NCBI GenBank assembly: GCA_023213395.1
Contig: CM041465.1
Span: 229,593,741-229,657,740 of the forward strand
Source: Cycas panzhihuaensis
Taxonomy: Eukaryota > Plantae > Cycadophyta
Reading direction: 5' to 3'
DNA: 64,000 nt
The translations under genes and the position numbers were made by a program. This document shows, piece after piece, positions 51,062 through 63,799 of the stretch. The notes below the pieces were generated by a model that had not been told where the DNA came from, made no database searches, and saw only the letters and a list, made by a program, of their open reading frames with translations. Numbering within the stretch: the first letter of the stretch is position 1; each line of letters opens with the position of its first letter.

Positions 51062-54000
51062 TTTTCAAGTGATTTTTCAGTCATTTATGTACTAATTGTG
51101 AAAAATTCACATTGTACTCAATTTTATAAGGCTCTCTACAAGGTGACCTTTATGCCCTAAGTCTTAAAAAAGGGCTCAAAATCACTCGTTTTAATAAAAA
51201 ATCATTTTATTTGGGGTTGGTTAGGACTATTTTAAAATCCTAAAATTGTGGTTGTGGATTGATCTCTTGGTGCACTTCATTAAAATTTGCATTTTGTTGT
51301 CGTTTATTTGCATTAAAACAAAACCGGTCAAGGCACAACATGTAAGCAAGCATATCTTCAAATGACACTAAACACCTTTTTGCTCTTTTAAAGTTTTTGT
51401 TTTTTTTTGGAACACTTTGTGTTATTTTATGTACTCAAATTACTTCAACTGAAACCTTTTATTGAGTTTTTATCAGCATTATAAAATAGCATTTTATCAC
51501 TTACTTAAGCAAATTACTCTAAGTCCACTTAAATCATTAAAAATTGCTTTAAAAATTTTGTTAGAGAGACCCAAAAAAGGTTAAAACCTTGCCTCTAGAA
51601 ATATCAAGCTTGGTGTATTCCCTAGGAAACCAACCAACCGTACAATCAGTGCATGATAATTGAGATTCTTTTGGAGAAAAGGGAGATCAAAAAGACTATT
51701 ATTGGGGTTGTGAATCCCAAGGAAAACATGGTATAGCCATGCAGATCAACCTTACCTAGCCTTGTCCTAAATTTGACTTGGCTAACTATTATCTAGAAAG
51801 ATTAGGGTTAGACCAACTCTTTGCCTAGTCCTCGACCCCTTATCACTCTATTTAGTTGTTGGATCTTCTTTGTAAAATTAGGGTTGTTGGTGTGTTAGAA
51901 GGTGGAACTTAAATGACGAAAGCTTTGAGTTTCTAAGTTATCTGCTAGCTTCAAGAACCTTAAACAACTTTAACATTATGGCTACTCTTAATATGCTTAA
52001 TGCATGCACTATAAAGTTGAATGAAAAAGATAATTTTGAAGAATGGAAAAGACAAACACAAAATCTGTTGATCATGAATGAGTTTTGGGCATTTGTATTG
52101 GGGAAGAATCCCAAATCTATTCCAACTACAAGCCCAATTAATAACATTGTAATCATTCGGCTTAATCCTCCTTTAGTTGCTGCTTGGGAAGCTAAGGATG
52201 AAAAAGCCTTAGCATTTCTTCATATGGTAGTTGATGTAAATGTTGATTAGAACATTTGTTGTGCTCGTATTTCAAAGGAAGCTTGAAACCCCTTAATTTC
52301 ATTGTATGAAAGGTGAGATGATGCTCGCATTATTATAACAAAAACTAAGATGTATACTTTGAGGTATATTGAGCCTATGTCGACATTTGTGTCTTCTATC
52401 AAAGAAATTAGTAATGAGCTAAATACTTTTGGGAAACCAACTTCGAAGAATGAACTTGTAACTGCCACATTGCATGCATTACCAAAGGAGTACAACGGTT
52501 TCATCTCTTCAATTACAAGAGACGGCACACTTAGCACTTTAACTTTCATTGAACTTGAAAGTCATTTACTTTGAGAGAAGTAAATCTATTCTGGACATGA
52601 TGAACCATTAACATTAGGTGCATTCACAGCCAAGTATAAGGCCAAGTAAAATCCCAAACAATCTCTTTACAAACAGCTTCGGAATATGAACATTGGCACA
52701 TCAAAAGCCAATGTCACATGTCATTATTATGGCAAGATGGGTCGCATTGCACCTAAATGTCGGAAGAAGCAATCTAACATATAGCAACAATAGTAGTTCC
52801 AACAACTACAACAACTGTAAATGCAACAACAACCACGTCAGCAACAGAATTAGCAGCAACAACAACCCCCTAAACCAAATCGACGTGGATTTCGAGGAGG
52901 TCAAAGAGGAAGGGGCAGCTTTAGAGGTGGCAACCAATGCCATACAAATTAGTTTCCTAATAAGAAAAAATTGTTTTGTACTTATCACAACTCTCAAAGT
53001 GATAGCACATGGATCATTAACTTGAGAGCATCTAGACACATGACAGGTAATGAAAACTTGCTCTATAATATCAAAGGAGGAGGACAAACAATTACGCTTG
53101 GCAATAATGAATCAGTTGAGATATCTGTAGTAGGAAAAATTGTTTCTTTTCATTCTCCAAATCACCCTACTCCCACATTTCCCAATAGAGATGCCTACTT
53201 GATACCTTCAATGCATAAAAGTCTCTTATCTGTTAGGCAACTAGATAAACAACAGATGAGTATATTGTTTAAAGGTGGAAAATGTATCATTAGTGACAAA
53301 TATGATTAAGTGGTTGCCATTGGTCATGAAGACCATGGCCTTTAAAAATTGGATGTATCAAATATTACACTTGATACTGCTCTAGCTTATTCTGTCATAC
53401 AAACCATGATCAAAGAACAACTTTAGCGTAATAGACTACGCCACTTAAGCCTAGATAATATCAAAATGATATTTAACAAAAACATGGTGTATGGGCTTCC
53501 AAAAATATCAACATCAAAATGTCTTTGTGAAGCATGTATTATGGGGACACAACATAGAGGACCTTTTTCTGAAGACAACGCATGGCATGGATCACAACCC
53601 TTATAGTTGGTTCACATAGATCTATGTGGACCTATATCCACATCATCTCTTGGAGAAGCCTTGTACTATATCACCTTCATTGATGATTTTTTGCATAAGG
53701 TTTGGATATACTTCATCAAACACAAATCAAAGGCATTAGAAAAGTTCAAAGAATTCAAACTTGAGGTGGAAAATGAGTCAAAATCTTCAATCAAAATGTT
53801 GAGATTCAATAATGGAGGTGAATTTACCTTAAGGGAGCTTAATCAATTCTACAAAGCCCATGGAATCAAAAGACAACTCACTGCTCTGCATACACCTCAA
53901 CAGAATGGAGTATCCAAGCAGATGAATAGGACTTAGGCCAACAAAGCCAAAGCGATGATGCATACAAAAAGGCTACATCTTTCCTATTGGGTACAAGCAT

Positions 54001-54952
54001 TCCGCATAACAACTTATGTGGCCAATAGGAGTCCAACTACAACAGTCATTGATATCATACCAGAGGAGGCTTGGTCTAACAAAAAGTCAACTATTAGCCA
54101 TTTGAGGACCTTTAGGTGCACTACTTATATGCACATTCCCCAACAACAAAGAAAGAAGTTGGATCATAATAGTCTCAAATATATTTTTCTTGGTTACTCT
54201 CTTAATAGAAAAGCTTATAAAGTATATGATCCCATTTCCAAGAAAATGCATATATCTAGAGATGTAATCTTTGCTGAGGATAATGAGGAGTTGGAACTAG
54301 CATCTATCCATCCTCCTCTTGAAAAAAGCAAGAAGATTGTTGAGGATTTTCTTCCCTCACAATCTTCCACACCATGTTCATCATCTGCTCTCGTTGCTTC
54401 TTCGTCTAATTCAAATACAACTCCACTTGATCCTAGTACTTCTTCTGTTGATCAACCATTATAGCCCCAGGATATTGATGTTCAAGTTATATCCATGAAG
54501 AAGCTACCCGAATGGTATACTTAAATGGTAAAGGACAATCAAGTCATTGAAGGAAAAAGTTCATCTAAAATGAGGCAGCAAACAGTTAACTATGCACTTA
54601 TGGCTGAGGTGCTTTGTGTAGACAAGCCTTCCACTTTTGAGGATGCATGTGAAAGTGAACAGTGGAAAGTTTCCATGGATAAAGAAATCCATTCTATTGA
54701 AAGGAATGGAACTCGGGATTTGGTAATTGCCTAAGAACAAACAGGGAATCAGTTGTAAATGGATATATAAAACCAAATTCCACTCTGATGATTCAATCAA
54801 GCATCATAAGGCTCAACTTGTTGCAAAGGGATTTAAACAAAAAGAAGACATTGACTACGAGGAGACCTTTGCACCTATGGCGAATATGGACACCATCAAA
54901 CTTATATTGGCCTTAGCTACTCAATACAAATGGCCAATCTATCAGATAGACG
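51062..54952 (+). mobile_element. Truncated D-family copia E (part of leader, gag from 51978, PR, INT, start of RT); no LTRs seen
   Basis: MLNACTIKL gag start shared with D; VHIDLCGP; ends at YQIDVK. Confidence 0.88.
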
Positions 54953-57900
54953 TGAAGAGAACATATCCAATTTTATCTAAGACATTAAGTTAGAGGTTAA
55001 TGAGGGCTATGTGCCATTCCCTCTTCTTTGTAATAGTGACAAGTGGTAGACAAATGGCTTACATGTAGCAAGTGGTTACAAAACATTTCATGTATTTAAA
55101 GAGAGATACTCTCTCACATAATCAACAATCTTTCTTCAGTCAAGTCTACTTTCTTTCATGGTATCAGAGTAGGGCAAATAGCTTGTCCAATAAAATTTTG
55201 TAAAAAGCCTATTTATGAAATAACTGAGTGTGTCTGAGACAGATAGCAAGCCATTCATTAAATCCAAGATCAGTGAGTAAACCAAATGAAGTACAGAAAA
55301 GAATCTTCATGTATAGACCTTTATGGAATTGTATGGCATTGTACTGACGTGGTATGAACCAGAAAACTCAAAGTGCTCAGAATCTCGCAAATTTTCACCA
55401 AGAGGTGCATTTTGATAAGGTCGTCATTTCCTCCAACAGGATCGAGCCCATTTGAGCTCTCTTTTACGTAGTTTTGGCCCACTTTAGTGTGCACGGTTTG
55501 GAGGTTCCTCTGTATTTTTTACTCAAATCGCTCAAATTTTCCTGGTAATACCAAACAAAATCTGTTCTCCTATTTTGTCTACCTCATTTGAATCCACTTT
55601 CAAGTTTTTTGATTGAGTTTTTGAAAAATATGAGCATTTAAAAAAAAAAAAACCCTAACTGTAGTTTGTCTTTTTCGAGTCAGATTCAAAGCGAACAAAG
55701 ACTTTGCAAGATTTTTACATATCTAAAATCCTCACATTGTAATCTCTCTTTTGCACCCCTTTTCATTGTCATCTGTACAACTATACTTTCGTACAAAATT
55801 TCATACAATTGTACGATTAGTCAGCTTGGAGTCCAGAAAATTAGCCTGATAACTTCTGTTTGTTTCTCAAAATGGCCTCCTCCATTCTTGCTTTGAATGA
55901 CCAAGATAAAATGACTAAAACGAACTATTTTGTCTAGAAAATTAAGGTAGAAACCTTGTTGAGAGAAAAAATGTCTGGAACATAGCTAAAAGATTAGAAA
56001 AAAGGTCAACTAATGCTCCTAATTAGCCTAACTGGGATGAGAGAAATAACTCAAGAATAATTATGAAATTGTCCATCTCAAATCCTCTTTTGGTGTATGT
56101 TGAAAGATTGAACTCATGTCAAGATATTTAGAAAGCGTTTTTCAATCATTATAACCAAAAAAGTCAGGCCAAGATCGTAGCCTTAAAAGAGGAATTGTTC
56201 AAATTACACATAAAAGAAAAAAGAGCATTTTAAAATTTATTCATAAAGTGACTTCAATCAGGAATGATTTAATTAGTGTAAGAGCCAATCTACTTGAACA
56301 TGAGATTGTCGAAATGATTGTAAATAAGCTCACAAAATCCTTTGATAACATGGTAAACTCCATAACCAATAATGATGAGACTGCTACCATGTCTTTTGAA
56401 ACTTTGACAAGACTTCTTCTCGGGCAAGAACAAAGGAATAGGAGATACGAAGAGGAGACATAAATTGAAGAGGCTTTCTTATCCAAACTTAACCTCGGTT
56501 CCAGAGGATGAGGACAGTCAGTCTCAAAAGGTCGAGGAAGGACTCCTGATACCAGAAGTCAATTTAGATGAAGATGGCAAGAAAATAAAGGTAAAGGACA
56601 ATCAATTCTATGTAGAGATACTAGAGTCTACTTCACATGTGGTAATCCTGAGCACTTCTCTAGCAGTTGCAGAGCATTGGTGTTAGAGTATAATGTCTAA
56701 TGTTGTGTATGGTTAAGTAAAGTGTGTCCTAGGATTTATAGTCATAGTCCTAAGTCTTAGAGTCCAAGAGTCATTATAATATTGTGTGAGAAGATAGAAG
56801 CTTGTTGGTCAAGTTAGTTGATATAATGTCATTGGTCATGATAAAGGTATTTGTCCCACATGCATTACTTGTATTGTATGTCCTCCCACCTATTTTGTAT
56901 ATAAAGGTGGTTGAGGTAGTATATGTCATCAAGTCATCATGGAGACTCATGTTGAGTCTATGATGCATTAGTGTTATGCTTATGTTAATGGAATGCAGGC
57001 TATGCTTTGGTTATCGATCTTGTGATTGTATTTGGAGTTGGATGCTTTCCATGTTAAAACCTAACATGGTATCAGAGCAGGTTGCTTGTTGAGGGCATTG
57101 TGGTGCTAGGTCACCAAATTTTAGCCAAGGAAGGAAGTAGCTTTGTTGAGTCAGCTGCTAGATTGAGGATTCGGATTGTGAAGGTGAGATCCCAAGGTCA
57201 TTAATATTGCAAGGTGTGGATTGTGGTGATGCAAGGCAAAATTTTACCAGCTGATTAAGAATTGTTGTAAGAAGGAGATCGACTGAGGAGGTGTCTTAAA
57301 GCATTTTACCAGGTAATACTATTATTCTATATTGTTATGTGAAGCAAGCTTTGTGTCGGGTTTATCATGTGAAGAAATTAGTTGATGTGATGAAATCTAA
57401 AATTGATGATGCTAAGAGAATTTGATTGGAATATTGATTCTACACCTTCAAGGGTTTGTGTTGGAAATAACTAAGAGTTAGATTGGTGAACTTGGAGTCA
57501 GTTTTCTGTCAGTCACATGAAAATTTATTGTTAATAAAGGAAAGAGAATAACTTACATAAAGTTGTGATTGATAAATTTGTGAAGCTTGTTGTGATAGAA
57601 TTATAAGTTGCTCACAGAAAAATAAAAGTCATGGTGTGGTGTTAAAAACTGTGTACGACTTATGACAAAACCCTAGCAAGAGTTGAGCAGTAATAGATCA
57701 AATAGCCATGAGAGCATCTGGACTCAGCCATGGAAGACTCCATGTATGAGAAGTATTCAGTCCTGCATAATAAAGGAGATAGTTCTGTCTTGCATGTAGT
57801 AAAGAAATTGTATTGCCCAATCGAAAGAGCCAACTCTTGACAAAAAAAGGGAGTTGTAGAAACCTGCAATAGTAGCCGTGGAAAGAGGAAACAAGAATCG

Positions 57901-58404
57901 CCATTGATCAAAGCTGTTAAGGGCTCATCCAATAGTCGTCTACATACAACTATCAAGAGTAGGTTTAATCCTTTATTCTATTGAGATTATGATGAATAAT
58001 GACCTTTTGTGAAACTATGCCTATGCAGTCTACTATTTGTGCATATTGTTGTGTCTCCTGTGCACAAATACAGTAGAAATCCATACCGATGCAACATGAA
58101 GAGATAATCAACCATCTCTAGATTTCATTATATAAAGGCGGAGCTGAGTACCTTCCAACCATGAATGTCAGTCGTTAGAGCAGGGAGTCGAAGACAGCTG
58201 CCCAGTACAAACACTGCGCGGAAACTCCTATTCTCTATGTAGATGGCAGCTTGTGGATGGCAATAGTCCCAGCTGTACCAATCAATCGGATCCGTTAACT
58301 GCCTCAAACTATGTCAAGGCTGCAGTAGATGATGCAGACATCTTTCTATGAATAGGAGTTCGATCACAAGAAGAGATGGCTACCATCTAACGATCTGTAG
58401 AGAG

Positions 58405-58426
58405 AGGGAGCTCCCTTTCAGCCCAT
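58405..58426 (+). promoter_or_regulatory. Candidate miR319-complementary site with a 1-nt central bulge
   Basis: AGGGAGCTCCC-T-TTCAGCCCAT vs miR319 complement AGGGAGCTCCCTTCAGTCCAA. Confidence 0.35.
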
Positions 58427-59199
58427 AGGGAGATTTGAGAAAAGGCATGTAGAGATGGAGGCATGCTGTTAGACTTTATGGCCGAGTGCTATCTGCGCTC
58501 ATTTGCCTATTTCTTGGTCTAAGGTGGTTGTTGGCCAAAGGGTGCATTAGAGTCAACCTTCAGGTTTAGGGCGTATCGACTCTTAAAAGGACTTTTATTG
58601 AACGCCTTAGGACTATTACTGGCAGCAGTTAACGTCTATCATTATTCATTCTCTCACCCAGAGGTTAATCATTGTTCATCTGTGGTTAGTCCAGACTGAC
58701 ATTTGATATCAAGTTCTTGAAGGTCCCTGTTTTGGTAAGGGAAATCTAGCTGATCGAATTCTAGAAGAGTATGTTTTCATAGCAGATTGTAGACCTGAGT
58801 GAGCACAGTCGACTAAGATGTAAGGAAGGACAACAACATCATAAGATGGGCTTACGAATACTCAAGTTGTTTAGGTGGAGCCAGAGTTAGGTGGAGGCAT
58901 AGATGCCTTTGAGTTGGAATCGCCAGGGGCAAAGGAAAGTTCGTTGATTGTAAGGCAACTAACACTTGTCAAGAGACATTCCAGTGGAGTCAGATTGGAC
59001 AGTTTAAAGAAACTTCAGTGGTTGAACTGAATTGTTCCCTAAAAACAAGGTGATAAAATCCTCACTCTTAAATATCTTGATTGTGGACTATTAGTCTGAA
59101 GCTAATGTAGTGCCCAATGAACATTTCTCATCACATTTAATTGGTGAGTTTCTAATTTCAAGTACACAATAAGCAGTTTGATTGTAAGGTTATCAAAAT

Positions 59200-60886
59200 A
59201 GGTCATGCTCATCTTCTATTAACAGAAGACAACTGTTTAGAATGGTCAGAAAACATGAAGTCCTGGCTCCTCTCCCTTGGCTTATGGGAGATTGTTTTAG
59301 AAGGATACAATGATGCTTCACCAGTGCTGGAACAAAAGGACACATCTGCATTTCAATAGATTTCTTTCATGTCCACACAAGGAGGCTGCATAAAATTTAG
59401 TGATATTTTTTGCCTCACCCAAAATACTACTTGTAGGGCACACAAAACATGGAACTTCATAAAAGAGAAATTTGACTCCAAGCTGACAAACCAACAACCA
59501 ATGAATGAAGGTGAAGACATAAAAAATGCAACTAGTCTAAAGGAAGAAGTGCAAGTTACGCAGAGTAACCTGACAAAGAATCAAAAAAAGAAATTGAAGA
59601 GGAAAATCAAAAAGGATAATGCATGTAATCAGGTAAGTTTCCCTAAGAGTGAATCTCTTATAAATTCATTTGATGATAAGGAAGGTGAAAAGGTATGTGA
59701 ACTTATTTTTGAAAATAGGTTCTTTGTTGATGAAGAAATAAAAGAATATAATTGTTGTGACAAAGTGATCTTTGCAAATGAACGTATTGGTGATTTAACC
59801 TTAGATCATTGCTTAGGATGAGAGGAAGAAGATGAAAATAAAGAACTAAAGGTTGAGAAGAGAATTATCCCATCAAATATCTTGAGTTTCAACACGTTAG
59901 CAGGAAAGAGTGAAAGGATGGATGTTGAAAATTCTGAAATTGATCTATTATAGGTGGTTCAATATGGAAACTCAACTGACTTAGTGGAAAGTGTGGATTA
60001 TATGACTTTAATCTATGTTGATAAATTTGTTGCCAGGTTCCAAACAATGTCAGGTTACATTGTTGTATGCATATGCACAGGACTTTGTATGATCACATTT
60101 AACATGGCAGCTTTTTCTATGCTTATCCTTGAAAGAATTCAAACTGTGTTAACATATCCTACATTGGGTCTAGAAGATTCATTCAAAAGAAGGAAGAACA
60201 CAATTGGAGTATCATTTGATCAAAGTCTTGTCTACCAAGATTGTTGTATGTCATGGGCAGGGTACTTGGTCAAGAGAGGCAATCATGTTAAGATATTACA
60301 CTATTCTTATGTTGGGAGGTACATACACGTGATCGTAACAGAAATCGTCATCATATTTGGTACGACAAAAGATCTCTTGGGTGATGAAGATAAAGCAAAA
60401 TATTTTATTGATTCAGAACAAGTACCTGCACAAGTGGAGATAGAAAAGAAATCATCATCTCTTCTCTCCTTTCAAGAGAGCACTTATTGGCTTGAGAAGT
60501 TGATCATACATGCTAAAGAAAGTGGAAGCAAACAGGTGGTATCCAAAATTCTGATGGAAGACATATTTGGTGTACACCTTGAAGACACCTTTGATAAGTA
60601 CATGCAGAAACACTTGACAAGTCCTCACCAAGCACAAGTAAGCTCAAGCTTGATCTACTACGCATTTTGTGTAACAAAGGGTTCCCAATTGCACATGAAG
60701 ACAAAGTTCAAGAACTGTCACTCAAAAGGACTACTCCAAAGGCGACATTGTAGGAGTAAAGACCAAGATCAAGTCCAAGACATTGTGTTCAAGACCTTTC
60801 CAAGATCAAGACGTTGTAAATTCGAAGAAGGCAAAATACATGTTGATCAAATTAGAGTCCATTGGAGGGCATGTTTAATGTCCTAA
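59200..60886 (+). pseudogene. Family ORF of I: about 560 codons in one frame with two stops (59357, 59819)
   Basis: LTEDNCLEWSENMKSWL..LGLWEIVLEG Gag N-terminus, KNQKKKLKRK, then 310 open codons homologous to C's ORF. Confidence 0.82.
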
Positions 60887-61356
60887 GTCCATTGTCAAGT
60901 GTCATGTTAGTCTTTAGTATTCAGTCACTTTTTGTAGTCTTGACATTAAACATTAAGGGGAGGTGTTAGAGTATAATGTTTAATGTTGTGTATGGTTAAG
61001 TAAAGTGTGTCCTAGGATTAATAGTCATAGTCCTAAGTCTTAAGAGTCCAAGAGTCATTGTAATATTGTGTGAGAAGATAGAAGCTTATTGGTCAAGTTA
61101 GATGGTGTAATGTCATTGGTCAGGATAAAGGTATTTGTCCCACATGCATTACTTGTATTGTATGTCCTCCCACCTATTTTGTATATAAAGGTGGTTGAGG
61201 TAGTATATGTCATCAAGTCATCATGGAAACTCATGTTGAGTCTATGATGCATTAGTGTTATGCTTATGTTAATGAAATGCAAGTTATGCTTTGGTTATCA
61301 ATTTTGTGATTGTATTTGGAGTTGGATGCTTTCCATGTTAAAACCTAACACATTTG

Positions 61357-63799
61357 ACGTTTGTTATCATTGTAGGCAAAGAGGCCACTTTTTCTATTAG
61401 TGCTCCCAGAGAAAATTTGATATTTAGAGAGGGAAAAGACCCGCTGAAAATTATAGTAAAGAATAGAATAATTTCGAAGAATATGAAGAAGAAACTGCAT
61501 CATAATTGCACTTACTGCCAATTTTAAAGATGAAGATGTTTGATATATCAGCTCAGGAGCATCCAGTCACATGATAGGTCGCAAAGAATAGTTTGAATCT
61601 CTGAAACCCTACTCTTTAAATAAATCCGTAGAGATAGGGAATAAATATCCACTCAATATTCAAGGGATTGGAACAACAGCAATTGAGATGAAAGGTAAAA
61701 TACAGAAAATTAGGAATGTTCTCTTTGTTCTAGGACTGAAGAAAAATCTTCTCTTAATCTCTCAACTCGGAATGAAAAAGCTAAGGACCATTTTCGATGA
61801 GGATAGACACTATCATATTTTAGACATGAAAAGGGAAGGAATTCTGATTACTAAGAGTATAGAAAGCAATTATCTCTATAAATTGCTTTCTAATCCTATC
61901 ATTACAAAAAATGACGTAAAAGCTTTTGTTGTTGCAAACATTGATAATAATAAACTATGGCATTTGAAGTATGTACACATCTCCATTGATAGATTAGAAT
62001 TGTCGAGAAATTCAAATAAGGTTAATGGACTTCCAAACATAACATTTCACTCATTTGTTTGCAAAGGATGTTTTCTTGGTAAACAACATCGTTTTCCTTT
62101 CCAAAGAAGTGAATGGCGAGAAAAAAACAAATTAGAATTAGTGCACTCTGATCTCTGTGGACCCATTCCTCCAAGCTCAATCAATGGAGCTAGATATTTC
62201 CTTATATTCATTGATGATTTTTCTAGGAAGTTTAGATATATTTTCTCTATAGTAAATCTGAAACTTTTGATAAATTTAAAGAATTCAAGGCTGAAGCAGA
62301 ATTGGAATGTGGAAATAAGATAAAATGCATTAGATCTGACAGAGGAGGTAAGTATACTTCAAAAGAGTTCTAGTTCTTTTGCAAAAATCATGGGATATGT
62401 CGGCAGATCACAACTTCTTACACACCTCAATCCAACGGTGTGGCTGAACAGATGAACAGAACCATCATGGAAATGGCACGAAATATGATTCATGGTAGGC
62501 AGATTTCAAAAACTTATTGGGCAGAAGCTGTAAATACAACAATTTATCTGATAAATCGAAATCCAACTTATGCCTCGAATAAGATAACTCTAGAAGAAGC
62601 ATGGACGGGTCACAAACCTGATGTAAGTAATCTAAAAATCTTTGGCTATTAATTTTTTGCTCATATTCCTGATAAGAAAAGATCAAAACTTGATTGTAAA
62701 AGTATAGAGTGCATAATGATAAGCTATAGTAAAAATTTAAAAGCCTATAGATGCATAGACCCAAAAACAAACAAGGTCTATGTAAGTAGAGATGTTATTT
62801 TTAATGAACAAAACATTGTCGCAAGTCCAATAATATGTCAGGAAATTGAAGTGGCTGCAATGGAAACTCCCATTGAAATCCCTCCACTTGAAGACATATC
62901 AGGAATCACTTTTGAAGATATAACAACATAGGAAGAAGAGCAATTTGAAAGAGGTCCTTTGCTCCCTAAGGAAACAAGCACCGAGGAAGATGAGGAAAGA
63001 TGCACATCCTCCAGAAAGATACCTAAACGGTATCTCAAAATAGTTGAAGAAGCTAAAGGCAACATATTTGATCACAGGACCAGGTCCTAGAAACATCAAA
63101 CCCTTATGTGTTTAATTGAACCTCAGTCATATGAAAAAGCCATCCAGCATGTTGAGTGGAAATTAGCAATGGATACAGAAATGGAATCCATCTCCAAAAA
63201 CAAAACTTGGAAACTAGTTGAACCACCTACAGGCAAACCAATTGTTAACTATAAGTGGATGTATAAAATAAAAGAGAATTTTGATGGGAATATAAAAAAA
63301 ATACAAGGCTAGATTAGTAATTAAGGGCTACACTCAAACCGCAAGGATAGATTATGGCAAAACCTTCTCTCCAGTAGCAAAACTAAATACTATGAGGATG
63401 GTAGTCACCTTAGATGCATAGTACAATTAGAAGGTTTATCAACTAGATGTAAAGAGTGCCTTCCTAAATGGAGACATTGAAGAAGAAGCTTACATGCATC
63501 AATCAGAGGGATACATTCAAAATGGTCAAGAACATCTTGTATGTAGGCTAAAAAAGACCCTATATGGGCTAAAACAAACTCCAAGGGTTTGGTATGCCAA
63601 GTTGGACAAGTTTCTCATTCAAAATAGTTTTCAAAGATGTGAATCAAATCCTAGTTTATATGAGAAGAAATACAAAGGATTGATTATAATAATCGTTGTA
63701 CATATAGATGACATGTCTATTACAGGTAGCGACACAGAGTCTATCACAACTATAAAGATTCAACTAGAAAAAGGTTTTGAAATGATTGATCTAGGACTT
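61357..63799 (+). pseudogene. pol: K second knuckle, protease, integrase, partial RT
   Basis: CYHCRQRGH, SGASSHM, LVHSDLCGP, VHIDDM. Confidence 0.9.

Larger units (their letters stand above)
56681..61350 (+). mobile_element. Non-autonomous LTR element I, same family as C (4.7 kb)
   Basis: LTRs 56681-57066 and 60964-61350, highly similar to each other and homologous to C's LTRs; PBS TGGTATCAGAGC; PPT AAGGGGAGG; probable 6-bp TSD CATTGG/CATTTG. Confidence 0.93.

Noticed and set aside
58233-58254. miR167-like site (ATGT-AGA-TGGCAGCTTGT)
   Set aside because: Only 9 contiguous pairs and several mismatches at both ends; compatible with chance.
58405-58545. Captured MIR319 precursor
   Set aside because: No convincing star arm or conserved loop-proximal block on either strand; TTGGCCAAAGGGTGC pairs only weakly.
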